From a virus (Duplodnaviria > Caudoviricetes), in the IMG/VR virus record IMGVR_UViG_3300017780_003662, positions 880 to 64,879 of that record: a stretch of DNA of 64,000 nt. One strand, written 5' to 3'. Made by a program: the position numbers and the translations under genes. Under the pieces are notes generated by a model, which searched no databases, had not been told where the DNA came from, and was given only the letters and a program-made list of their open reading frames with translations. Shown here piece after piece: positions 35,925-44,246 of this stretch (the stretch's first letter is position 1; each line of letters starts with the position of its first letter).

Positions 35925-36320
35925 TCAGTCCCCTTCGTACATAGCGATAACGGCTGGCAACAGCAGAACAGCTGCGTTGTTGCCCGTAGCTGCCAGCAGT
36001 CGCACGACGGTCGGCGGCGTGTCGAGCATGTAGGCACAGTCGTCGTCCGCGGCCAGTGCGGTGACCGCCGTTCTAACAAACTCTTTCACCGCGAGACGAT
36101 CTGAAGGCAGCCACTCCGTAGCGGCGCCTCGGGCAGCGTCGCACTGATCTACTCGCTCGGAATCAAACAACTGATCGCGAAAGTCATTCAGTGCATTCGC
36201 TCGCACCTCCACGGGTACGTTGTACGCCGCCCGCTGCCACTTGTTAAGGTGCGCTTGAGCGTGTGCCAGCACCCGGTCAATATGCTTGGCGTTGGGCAAG
36301 TCGTCCCATGCGTTGTCCAT
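35925..36320 (-). CDS. Tandem paralog 2 (MDNAWDDLPNAKHIDRVLA...LLLPAVIAMYEGD)
   Basis: Termini identical to 36322..36705. Confidence 0.7.
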   Translation of the reverse strand: MDNAWDDLPNAKHIDRVLAHAQAHLNKWQRAAYNVPVEVRANALNDFRDQLFDSERVDQCDAARGAATEWLPSDRLAVKEFVRTAVTALAADDDCAYMLDTPPTVVRLLAATGNNAAVLLLPAVIAMYEGD

Positions 36321-36321
36321 G

Positions 36322-36705
36322 TCAGTCCCCTTCGTACATAGCGATAACGGCTGGCAGTAGCAGGACTGCGGCGGGATTGCCAACGGCCTTCAGCAGGCGA
36401 ACCGCGTCTGGATGCAGGTCAAGGATGTAAGCACAGTCATCCCATGAGACTAGCGCCACGGCTCCCATACCAACACCTCTCGAGCCATGCCAAACCGCAT
36501 CCCAAATGTCGCCGCGAGATATACCGTGAGCCGCATCCCAAGAAGCCCCAGAAGCCGCATCCCAAGAAGCCTCCCAAGCTGCGCCCCACTCAGGCGTCCG
36601 AGCAGCCAGCCGCATAGCGGCCCACTCTGCCGGTTTAGCTCGTCCGCGTGCCAGCACCCGGTCAATATGCTTGGCGTTGGGCAAGTCGTCCCATGCGTTG
36701 TCCAT
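36322..36705 (-). CDS. Tandem paralog 1 (MDNAWDDLPNAKHIDRVLA...; WDAA-repeat middle)
   Basis: Termini identical to 35925..36320. Confidence 0.7.
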   Translation of the reverse strand: MDNAWDDLPNAKHIDRVLARGRAKPAEWAAMRLAARTPEWGAAWEASWDAASGASWDAAHGISRGDIWDAVWHGSRGVGMGAVALVSWDDCAYILDLHPDAVRLLKAVGNPAAVLLLPAVIAMYEGD

Positions 36706-36706
36706 G

Positions 36707-37867
36707 TCAGTCTCCGATGTACACCGTCGTGCCGTGAGGGCTTCTAACGTTAGAAGTTACGGCCCACAGCACAGGGTAGCCAGGGGGCTGGCCGAACGGA
36801 GTCTCGCCGTCAGTCAGCACTACACAGGCGTCGGGCTTGATCTGGTGCTTGAGCAGGTAATCGAACGCTACAGGCAGGTCGGTGCCTCCGCCTCCGCGGG
36901 GCTTGAGCTCGGCCACGGCAAACTGCCCGTTCTCGAATGTCTGGTGGGAGGCCACCTGGGTGTCCACGTACAGCACGTCAATAGTAGCGGGGTTAACCTG
37001 CTCGATAATGGCAGCCAGCTCCGAGACGAACCGCGTCGCTTCAGTCGAGTTAAAGCACGAGCCGCTCGTGTCCAGCACGACAGCCAAGCGCGTCATAGTA
37101 GTGCCCTGCATGGACGGCATATAGATGTCATGCGCCAAGTACCGTCTGCTAGGCCGACGCCACGTAGACTCGTCGGTGCCTGCGCAGTGCTCGCTCACGA
37201 ACTCACGCAGTGCCCTGCGCCAGTCGACCTTGGGGTGCAGCAAGCCGTCGAACCCCAGGTCCGCAGTCAGCCCGAGGGCCTGCGCCCGGCGCTTGGCAAG
37301 TATCTCACCTTGGCGTAGCGCCTGGTCTATCTGCCGCAGCCGGACCTGGTCGAGCTCCTGCTGGGCTTGAGCGTCGGACGGGTCGCCGTCCACAGCCTCC
37401 CAGTCGTGGTCATCGAGCCCACCGGCATCGGGCGGGGGGTTCTCCTTGAGGTGCTTGTATATCTGGATCACTGACCAGCCGTGGTACTGCGGGTCGGGCT
37501 GCACGCCGACAGCTGGCATGGACAGAAACCCCTCGCCGTTGTCCATCTCGATCAGCGATAGATTCACGAAGTGGTCGGCGGCGATGTTAGCCAGCCGCGA
37601 GTCCTCTCTCCACAGTGTGCGCCACACCACGTTGTGCCGGTACGCCTTGTGCTGCTGCTCGTGCAGGATGAGCAGGCGCAGCTGAGGGTCCGTGAAATCT
37701 TTGAAAAACTCCGGGTTAAAGTACGTGTTCCACCCGTCCGTGCAGGCTGTCCGCACGTCGGTGGTCAGCTTGGTGGTCCCGCATGCCATGACCCCGCTGT
37801 ACCGGCAGAACCTCGGGTGCCGCATGATAGAGATACGCGCCTTGTTGAACCTGTCCGTTGTATTCAT
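36707..37867 (-). CDS. HExxH metallopeptidase-like + VWA domain protein (DUF2201-like)
   Basis: ACTDG, LHEQQH, NIAADHFVN; MIDAS DTSGS, GGGTD, VLTDG. Confidence 0.85.
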   Translation of the reverse strand: MNTTDRFNKARISIMRHPRFCRYSGVMACGTTKLTTDVRTACTDGWNTYFNPEFFKDFTDPQLRLLILHEQQHKAYRHNVVWRTLWREDSRLANIAADHFVNLSLIEMDNGEGFLSMPAVGVQPDPQYHGWSVIQIYKHLKENPPPDAGGLDDHDWEAVDGDPSDAQAQQELDQVRLRQIDQALRQGEILAKRRAQALGLTADLGFDGLLHPKVDWRRALREFVSEHCAGTDESTWRRPSRRYLAHDIYMPSMQGTTMTRLAVVLDTSGSCFNSTEATRFVSELAAIIEQVNPATIDVLYVDTQVASHQTFENGQFAVAELKPRGGGGTDLPVAFDYLLKHQIKPDACVVLTDGETPFGQPPGYPVLWAVTSNVRSPHGTTVYIGD

Positions 37868-37909
37868 CGTCGTTCCTTCCTGTTAAGGGTGGCTTAGTGG
37901 TGTCTAACG

Positions 37910-38305
37910 TTAGAATCGGTAGTACCAGTCCTCACCTGCTATCTCGATGATGCTGTAGTCGCTGGCTACGTTCTTGGCGGTCTGCTCCCAGTCCACCACG
38001 ACGTACCAGGGCAAGTTACTAGGTATGTCGCCGCAGTCCTCAAGCATCTGCTGCACGTAGTCCTCCCAGTGCCCGCCTGCAACGAGGTAGTCCGCGTCGC
38101 CTATCTCCTCGACGATGTCCAGCAGCATGCGCAGCTCGATACCCTCGGGCTGGTTCTTCTCCCATACCTCGATGGCCTCCTCCCATGCGTCGGAGTCCTC
38201 GATCTCATCGAGCCCAGTCTCCGCCATAAACGAGTCGCGCTCGTCAGCCAGCTCGTCGATCCGGGCATTTATCTCATCCTTGGTGACAGTGTCTTGGTTA
38301 AACAC
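37910..38305 (-). CDS. Highly acidic protein, possible DNA mimic / antirestriction protein
   Basis: About 36 D/E vs 7 K/R in 131 aa (hand count); LPWYVVVDWEQTAKNVASDY resembles the ArdA C-terminus. Confidence 0.5.
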   Translation of the reverse strand: MFNQDTVTKDEINARIDELADERDSFMAETGLDEIEDSDAWEEAIEVWEKNQPEGIELRMLLDIVEEIGDADYLVAGGHWEDYVQQMLEDCGDIPSNLPWYVVVDWEQTAKNVASDYSIIEIAGEDWYYRF

Positions 38306-38468
38306 GTTTCTTACCCCGCAGTAGTGCCCTCTGAATGGCGTAGTAGTCGTAGGTCCGCACTGGCGCAGGTGGCTTGGGTGTATACCCCCGCCCGAGCCAC
38401 GCCGGGTTCCAATCCTTGAAAAACTTAACGCACGTCCGTCCGTTCTCGATCCCTAGCATTAGCATCAT
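38298..38468 (-). CDS. Hypothetical protein (56 aa)
   Basis: Hand translation ...GRGYTPKPP...AIQRALLRGKKRV; ATGA overlap. Confidence 0.55.
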   Translation of the reverse strand: MMLMLGIENGRTCVKFFKDWNPAWLGRGYTPKPPAPVRTYDYYAIQRALLRGKKRV

Positions 38469-38710
38469 TGCCTCCGTGAAGTAGCTTTGTTGATAGCAGC
38501 GCGAGCCTTGATGAACACATCCTGCGCAGTGTCCTCGTGTCCTCTGAACATCTCCTCCATCAGTAGTAGTGCAGCCAACAAGTCCGGCGCAGCGTCAGTC
38601 AACCGCCGACGTCTGGCCGACTCAAGAAAGTTCGGGCACGGCTGTACGGTACCTCTGTCTATACCGGGGTCGTCTCCGCAGTAACACAGGCAATCGCAAG
38701 CAGTGAGCAT
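38465..38710 (-). CDS. Hypothetical protein (Cys-rich head + AAPDLLAAL...ARAAINKA)
   Basis: Motif common in small phage proteins. Confidence 0.6.
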   Translation of the reverse strand: MLTACDCLCYCGDDPGIDRGTVQPCPNFLESARRRRLTDAAPDLLAALLLMEEMFRGHEDTAQDVFIKARAAINKATSRRQ

Positions 38711-38728
38711 GGTGTATCTCCTTTCGCC

Positions 38729-38926
38729 CTATACAGGGGGGTTTTGACGGGCTACGTACTGCTCCAACATCTCAATGAGCAGCTTCCTACGGTCTGGCTG
38801 GTGCCGCGGGTCCTTGAGATGCTGCAGGATCAATATCAGTAACTCTCTGAACGTCTCATCCCGCGCCCGGTAAGAGCCCACCAGGTCATTCACATTCTTA
38901 ACCAGCTCGGATACTTTAGCGTCCAT
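38729..38926 (-). CDS. Hypothetical protein
   Basis: MDAKVSELV...; overlaps the upstream stop. Confidence 0.5.
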   Translation of the reverse strand: MDAKVSELVKNVNDLVGSYRARDETFRELLILILQHLKDPRHQPDRRKLLIEMLEQYVARQNPPV

Positions 38927-39236
38927 CAGCAAGGCCCTCCGGTAGTTCAACTTCGTCACCCAGTTTGCTGGCGACGTAGCAGCGCATTGCTGCGATTAGG
39001 GGGGTGGGTCCGTATTCATGTTCTCTGTTGCTCATTGCAGCAAGTGCTTTCCAACGGCATGAATCGTCGTAAAGCAGTGAAGGCTCATAAATCACTGCAA
39101 TCTTTTCCTGTTCGATGATCGGCCCGCCTTGTGCCCAGTCGGTCGAATATCTAGGCACTGCGGTGGGTTTGTACTCGCCGATTGCTTTCGCCACCGCCCA
39201 ATCAAGGGCGGCGCCTGTCAGTTCACTTGTTCTCAT
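38916..39236 (-). CDS. DUF2591 / NinX-like protein
   Basis: SELTGAALDWAVAKA, YSTDWAQGGPIIE, GPTPLIAAMRCYVASKLGDEV. Confidence 0.8.
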   Translation of the reverse strand: MRTSELTGAALDWAVAKAIGEYKPTAVPRYSTDWAQGGPIIEQEKIAVIYEPSLLYDDSCRWKALAAMSNREHEYGPTPLIAAMRCYVASKLGDEVELPEGLADGR

Positions 39237-39475
39237 ATACCCTCCGCTCTGCGTATCGCCTCACGGGCGATGTTTTCGAAAGTCTGCCAAGCCACTGGCA
39301 TAACGTCGAAGTGCTGTTGATACGCGTCAGTCATGCTCTTAAGTGCAGCGAGCAGGGTGTGCAGGTCGGCGGCCGCGCGCTCCAGCTCCGGCACCTTGTA
39401 GTACGGCCACTGCTCCTCGGGATACTCGCCTTTGATAGTGTCGATGGCGAACAGAAACAACTTGTGTATGTGCAT
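39233..39475 (-). CDS. Hypothetical protein
   Basis: GGAG RBS; ...LLAALK...AREAIRRAEG. Confidence 0.55.
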   Translation of the reverse strand: MHIHKLFLFAIDTIKGEYPEEQWPYYKVPELERAAADLHTLLAALKSMTDAYQQHFDVMPVAWQTFENIAREAIRRAEGI

Positions 39476-39485
39476 GTCAGTCTCC

Positions 39486-40541
39486 TCAGAATAGTTTGCC
39501 AAGCTCAGCGGCTTTCTTGCGGAACGCCGCGTTGGCGCAGCCCATGGGGGCCTTGGTGCGGTCACCTGCTAGTGACGTGACGAACACAGCCGTTGCCTCG
39601 AACGCGTCCCACCTGTTGACGTAGGCCATGATGGCGTCCAGGGTGTCCGCCCGCGCCTCCGCCACTAACTGAAACGCCAAGATAAAGTAACCCGCTGTGT
39701 CCTTGGGCAGTGGCGCAAGCGCAGGACTGTCCAGGATAGTGCGCACCGGCGGCAGCTTGTCGGACACACGCAGCAGGGCGTCCATGTCCCGAGCGGCGCT
39801 CTCACCCAAGGTGCCGATGAGCGCAGGTAGTGTCGCCTCACCTAGCGCATGGCGGTGCCGGACGATGTGAGAGGCATGGGCCAGGCTGCGAGGGCTACAG
39901 AACGCACGCACGTTGCCAGTGCGAGGGTTAAATATGTACGGGTTCTTGGTGTCGGGGTTGTTTGCGTAACACTCGAACACCTGAGAGTACTGCTCCGCGA
40001 ACGCGCAGACCTCCGCAGCCACGTTGTTGTCCTGAGCCCACTGCAGCCACTCGCCTGACGTCGGGTTGGCCAGCGGTATAACTGTCATGCGGTTGTACAC
40101 GTGGGCAGGTATGTTGTCCCCCACCCCGTCAGTGTCCAGGTTAGTCGTAGCGAACACGATACTGCCAACGGGCAGGAGGTGGTCGCCCAACCGACGCTCA
40201 AGGATGACAGGCAGCAACATGTTGAGCACAGGCCGTGGCGCCTTACCCAGCTCATCTAACATTAGAAGCACAGGCCGTGGCTGGTGCACACCAAACCGAG
40301 TGCTTGGCGCGTATGACGTAGTGGGCGTGGCGGTGTCCCGGTTAATCACAGGCAGGCCCAGGTCGCCCAGGTCCAGGTTAGCGCAGTCGACATAGCACGG
40401 GTGATAGTCCGGCATGTGCCGGGCAAGGGTGTGCAGGATGCTCGACTTGCCGATGCCAGGCTGGCCCCGCAGGAGGATAGTATTAGTGTGCCCGCAGGTC
40501 CGGATAAGGGTCACCGCTTGGGCAAGGTTGATAGCAGTCAT
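39486..40541 (-). CDS. MoxR-like AAA+ ATPase
   Basis: Walker A GQPGIGKS, Walker B MLDE, sensor-I ATTN, R-finger NRM, SPRS. Confidence 0.85.
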   Translation of the reverse strand: MTAINLAQAVTLIRTCGHTNTILLRGQPGIGKSSILHTLARHMPDYHPCYVDCANLDLGDLGLPVINRDTATPTTSYAPSTRFGVHQPRPVLLMLDELGKAPRPVLNMLLPVILERRLGDHLLPVGSIVFATTNLDTDGVGDNIPAHVYNRMTVIPLANPTSGEWLQWAQDNNVAAEVCAFAEQYSQVFECYANNPDTKNPYIFNPRTGNVRAFCSPRSLAHASHIVRHRHALGEATLPALIGTLGESAARDMDALLRVSDKLPPVRTILDSPALAPLPKDTAGYFILAFQLVAEARADTLDAIMAYVNRWDAFEATAVFVTSLAGDRTKAPMGCANAAFRKKAAELGKLF

Positions 40542-40556
40542 GATGGGCCTCTAACG

Positions 40557-41351
40557 TTAGATAGTGGTAGTGTGGGCTGGGGCGGCACGGGGGAGGACCG
40601 GCGGCAGCGTGACGTAGTCCGTGTCGATGGTCTCGTACATGTCCCCCTTGGCAGACGTGCGTATGTCTCGGGCAACGGTGCGCGGGTCGTCAATCTTGTG
40701 GCTCAGCTGCCATTTCTGGTGATACCCGAACACCTCCACGATGAGCGGCCAGTTGACCGGGTCCTGCAGGGCTTCGCGCAGGCTGCCGGCATACAACGAA
40801 TAGCCTCGCGACAGGTGCACCGGCCTACTATCCGGCAACGCTGCGTGCAGGACAGGCAGGGTATGGAAAAACTCCTTGATCGTGGGATCCTTAGAAAAGG
40901 CAGAGGACCGCTCGCGGTTGATAGCCCGCCGCTTGAAAGGCACAGGCTCCAGCGGTGTGCCGCTGGCTGCTACCTGCACCCCATCATAAAAACAGAACGT
41001 GCCGGCGCTCGTGTACAGCACCCACTGCGACACCCCCCGATGAGTCGTAGCCCCGACCGAGAGTCGGAAAGTGGCGTGCTGGGTGCGGGCATACATGTGC
41101 AGAGCAACGCTGAGCGCGTCGCGAGTCACCTGCGTAGACCAGCCCCGGTTAAACAGCCGAAACGTGCCGTCACGTGCAGCTGACACCAGCACCGACCGAT
41201 AGACATACACCTCCATCGTGTCGTCCCTTGAGTTGTACCGGACACGCTTGTGAGTGGCGCCGCGGCGCTCAAGCGGCGCGTCCCCCTCGAACCGGCCGCG
41301 CTTGTACTTGTGAGTTTGCAGATGCTTATACAGAGTCTCGAAGAAAGTCAT
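40557..41351 (-). CDS. Hypothetical early protein (264 aa)
   Basis: Flanked by palindrome copies; AGAGG RBS. Confidence 0.65.
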   Translation of the reverse strand: MTFFETLYKHLQTHKYKRGRFEGDAPLERRGATHKRVRYNSRDDTMEVYVYRSVLVSAARDGTFRLFNRGWSTQVTRDALSVALHMYARTQHATFRLSVGATTHRGVSQWVLYTSAGTFCFYDGVQVAASGTPLEPVPFKRRAINRERSSAFSKDPTIKEFFHTLPVLHAALPDSRPVHLSRGYSLYAGSLREALQDPVNWPLIVEVFGYHQKWQLSHKIDDPRTVARDIRTSAKGDMYETIDTDYVTLPPVLPRAAPAHTTTI

Positions 41352-41373
41352 GATTGGCCTCTAACGTTAGAAA

Positions 41374-41637
41374 CTAAACGCGCAACTCTTTTGCCAAGTA
41401 GCGCAGAGCTGTGTCGATATGGGCGTCGTTCAGGTAGGCGTACAGCGTGGAGCAGGCGAACAGATGCAGCTGTGCCCCGTTGAATAAATCCCACATCAGT
41501 CGTTTATCCACATTTTTTACGGCGGGGTTTTGTCGCAAGCGGTCTTTGTAGGCGGCAATACGCTCCCGCCCAGTTTGGGCAATCACACGTTCCAATTCGG
41601 CGCGTAGATGGGCAAGATGCTCAGGTGTAATTTTCAC
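41374..41637 (-). CDS. Hypothetical early protein
   Basis: YLNDAHIDTALR; operon context. Confidence 0.6.
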   Translation of the reverse strand: MKITPEHLAHLRAELERVIAQTGRERIAAYKDRLRQNPAVKNVDKRLMWDLFNGAQLHLFACSTLYAYLNDAHIDTALRYLAKELRV

Positions 41638-41639
41638 AA

Positions 41640-41849
41640 TTAGCTCCTCTTGGGGTTTAGTTGGCAGAGCATGGCGGGGTCCGTGATCAATACATAATTA
41701 GACTTAGATAGAGGGGCAATCGTGTGCTTGCGGGCACGGGCAGCACGCTCACCGCAGGACATACACACGGTGTATCCGAGATTGGCACGAGCATGTTGAA
41801 GGCGATTGATACCGCAGTCAGTGCAGATGGGGTTTCGCGTAGGTAGCAT
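41640..41849 (-). CDS. Zn-finger small protein
   Basis: CTDC...CMSC...HTIAPLSKSNY..ITD. Confidence 0.65.
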   Translation of the reverse strand: MLPTRNPICTDCGINRLQHARANLGYTVCMSCGERAARARKHTIAPLSKSNYVLITDPAMLCQLNPKRS

Positions 41850-41907
41850 GGTGGGCCTCTAACGTTAGAAGGGGGGCTAGCTGGAGGTGAGTTACCAGCG
41901 TATATAC

Positions 41908-41936
41908 ATTATAGCATATATTTTACTCTTTGTCAA
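41908..41936 (-). promoter_or_regulatory. Consensus sigma70 promoter
   Basis: TTGACA-17 bp-TATAAT with extended -10 TG. Confidence 0.9.
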
Positions 41937-42222
41937 GCTCAGCCTCTCGCAACAGCTGGTGGACCCGCTGCCGAGAAATACCAAACTGCGCACCTGCTTC
42001 GGCGTATGTCATACCGCCGACCGTTGTTAAATGCCGGAGTTGTGCAGTTCTATCGGGGGCTGCGGGCGGTCGCTTGTACCGACCCTCACGAATAGCCTCT
42101 ATAGCATCTAATAGAGGCATGAGTTTGTTGGGCATACGTACATAGCGCACACCATTTATATATAGGATAGGCAAGGGCACGCCATTGCGGCTCGGAAATA
42201 CTTCTAATATTAGATTGTCCAT
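41923..42222 (-). CDS. HTH protein (sigma region 4-like)
   Basis: MTYAEAGAQFGISRQRVHQLL. Confidence 0.72.
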   Translation of the reverse strand: MDNLILEVFPSRNGVPLPILYINGVRYVRMPNKLMPLLDAIEAIREGRYKRPPAAPDRTAQLRHLTTVGGMTYAEAGAQFGISRQRVHQLLREAELDKE

Positions 42223-42257
42223 ATGTAAAAAACCTTAGAGTGTATATACAAGCATAT

Positions 42258-42286
42258 AGTATAACACAGACAATACGGGTTGTCAA
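42258..42286 (-). promoter_or_regulatory. Sigma70 promoter
   Basis: TTGACA-17 bp-TATACT with extended -10 TG. Confidence 0.85.
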
Positions 42287-42340
42287 GAGTGTATAAATGG
42301 GCGGAAAATGCAGAGGAGGGGAAAAAACGAAAAAGTGAAA

Positions 42341-42780
42341 ACGTAACAAACTATCGGCCTTAAATCAACGGCTTGCGAGGGAGAAATGGTATAGCATATG
42401 GATGAAACACGTAACAGAAAAGTCGTTCTGGATCAACGCTTGTTACGTTTGTATAAATTGACGTAACAGAAAAGTCCTTTAAAATCAAAGGGTGTGGTGT
42501 GTTATGCGTTATTTAAAAAGAGAGAGAGCGAAAAAGACCTTTTGAGCAAGAATACGCGCAGGCGCCTTCCCTAACCCCCCTTAAGGCTTTTCGGCTTTCA
42601 TAAAAACTGACGTAACAACATAACATAACTATAATGTTTTATTTATTTATAGAACTTTTCTTACTATTCCCCCTGCCGAATCAGCCACTTAGCAGGGGGG
42701 TATTAAATAGCATACTAAGTTATTTCGAGCTCGTACCCTTCTATTATGATTTGCGTAACATCGTAACGCGCCGCGTTACG
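42341..42780. repeat. AT-rich non-coding region with ACGTAACA repeats and an IHF-consensus site
   Basis: ACGTAACA at 42341, 42409, 42461, 42610 and inverted at 42441; AATCAAcggcTTG at 42363. Confidence 0.55.
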
Positions 42781-43120
42781 GAGCGTCCTGCTCGACGCGC
42801 GCTATTAGTGTTACATAGTCGCCTGTGCGCTCGACCCTGAACGGCTTTGCGAGCATAGGTGCAATCTCGCGTATGCGGGCCTTGGTGAAGTTGTGAGCCA
42901 GCAGCTCGAACTCCTCTAACGTTAGAATCAGCTCCACGCCCTTGCGGTCTGTGCGCGTCACCACGAGCGAGCCGTCCGGCTGCGTCTTGCATGAGAATCG
43001 CTTGCGCGTCTGCGTGCCGTACGTGTGCACGTACGTGCGCGCCTTGGCTGCGAGGTCTGCCGGGATGGTGCAGGACTGGCCAACGTCCAGGTGCTTAAAC
43101 GGCCACGACTTGTTGCGCAT
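42776..43120 (-). CDS. Hypothetical protein (WPF..L.VGQS..IP)
   Basis: Same motif type as 17379..17624; contains a palindrome copy. Confidence 0.65.
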   Translation of the reverse strand: MRNKSWPFKHLDVGQSCTIPADLAAKARTYVHTYGTQTRKRFSCKTQPDGSLVVTRTDRKGVELILTLEEFELLAHNFTKARIREIAPMLAKPFRVERTGDYVTLIARVEQDAP

Positions 43121-43259
43121 GTGCGCCTCCTATACTGAATGAATACGTAGCATAGCACATTCTAACGTTAGACTCCTCCCCCGCCCGCTCGCAACCACTA
43201 TGACGCGCCCACAGCTCGCTCGCTCGCTTAAAACCACTATGACGTTTCGCCCGATGGGC

Positions 43260-43287
43260 GAAAAAAAGCCCCGGCGATTGCCGGGGC
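43260..43287 (-). terminator. Intrinsic terminator
   Basis: GCCCCGGC-aatc-GCCGGGGC followed by 7 T on the - strand. Confidence 0.85.
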
Positions 43288-43291
43288 GGGG

Positions 43292-43378
43292 TTACCATTC
43301 TAGGAATAGGCCGACTAAGCACACAACCACAAAGCCCGCCAGAATCAAGATTCCTAATTCCTGTCCGATTGTTAGCAT
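43292..43378 (-). CDS. 28-aa single-TM peptide
   Basis: MLTIGQELGILILAGFVVVCLVGLFLEW; GAGG RBS. Confidence 0.5.
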   Translation of the reverse strand: MLTIGQELGILILAGFVVVCLVGLFLEW

Positions 43379-43539
43379 TCTGGGTCCTCATTCAGGAATT
43401 CCCGCTCTAGTACGTGGCGCATAAGCCCGTCACAACCGCGCAGTATGTCTTGCACGGTAAGGTCTATGCGCACCTGCAGCGCCGGATCCAGATTGCCGCT
43501 TTCGCGGCACTCGATTAAAAGACTTAGAATTTCAATCAT
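43372..43539 (-). CDS. Hypothetical protein (55 aa)
   Basis: MIEILSLLIEC...; AGGGG RBS. Confidence 0.5.
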   Translation of the reverse strand: MIEILSLLIECRESGNLDPALQVRIDLTVQDILRGCDGLMRHVLEREFLNEDPEC

Positions 43540-43567
43540 GTTATGCCCCCTTGTGTATTGTGTAGGA

Positions 43568-44149
43568 TTAGTTGACCGCTTTCGGAATGGCCCACAGGTT
43601 ATAGTCTTGCAAGACTCCGCGTATTTCCTCTGCAGCGTCTGTTTCCCCGACTTGTGTTAGAGCGTGCACCAGCGCGGCCGCTTGGCCTACTACGCTCGCG
43701 CGGGTGAGGGTTTGCACGGGCTTAGGCTTTTTGCCGGCCTTGGTATCCGCTGCGAGACCTTCGCCCACTTCAAGGGATTCGGTTTCGGCCTTGGGCTTTT
43801 GCTTGCGATACTTGGGATCATTAAACAAGCCCGCGCGAAACGGAACACCGTAGTCAAAAGCAATCCCTAATGACGTTTTATAATTGCGCAGGGCAGATTC
43901 ACCCAATTCGGGGAACGCGCCCCCATCGCGTGCGGGCAGAAAGACTTTTGACCACACGTCCTCGATGAAGGGTTTGCGCCCGATACCCGCGGTGCGGGCA
44001 TGATCGAGCAGGGGCTGGATAACGGCCGCGCGTGATACGTGGGCTTTTTCAATTGTCTTTCCAATTTGCTCACCGATTTTGACCAGCTTTGCGCGTGAGG
44101 ATTCAAGCATCGATTCGGGAAGCGTCTTGATGATGTCATTGGTTTTCAT
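43568..44149 (-). CDS. First gene of the early arm, hypothetical (193 aa)
   Basis: Directly downstream of the 44218-44246 promoter; AAGG RBS. Confidence 0.65.
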   Translation of the reverse strand: MKTNDIIKTLPESMLESSRAKLVKIGEQIGKTIEKAHVSRAAVIQPLLDHARTAGIGRKPFIEDVWSKVFLPARDGGAFPELGESALRNYKTSLGIAFDYGVPFRAGLFNDPKYRKQKPKAETESLEVGEGLAADTKAGKKPKPVQTLTRASVVGQAAALVHALTQVGETDAAEEIRGVLQDYNLWAIPKAVN

Positions 44150-44217
44150 GGTCTGACCTTTGCAATATCTTGGGGATCCGCCCCGTGTCGGACACGCTGT
44201 TATCAGCGCATGAACGA

Positions 44218-44246
44218 ATCATACGCTACCCTTGACGCTTTGTCAA
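44218..44246 (-). promoter_or_regulatory. Sigma70 promoter
   Basis: TTGACA-17 bp-TATGAT; -35 lies in the inverted repeat TTGAC-gcttt-GTCAA. Confidence 0.85.

Noticed and set aside
38405-38415. tRNA T-loop-like GGTTCCAATCC
   Set aside because: No cloverleaf; lies within the - strand ORF 38298..38468
43213-43228. GCTCGCTCGCTCGC resembling the AAV Rep-binding element
   Set aside because: Short low-complexity match; no HUH Rep endonuclease in the window
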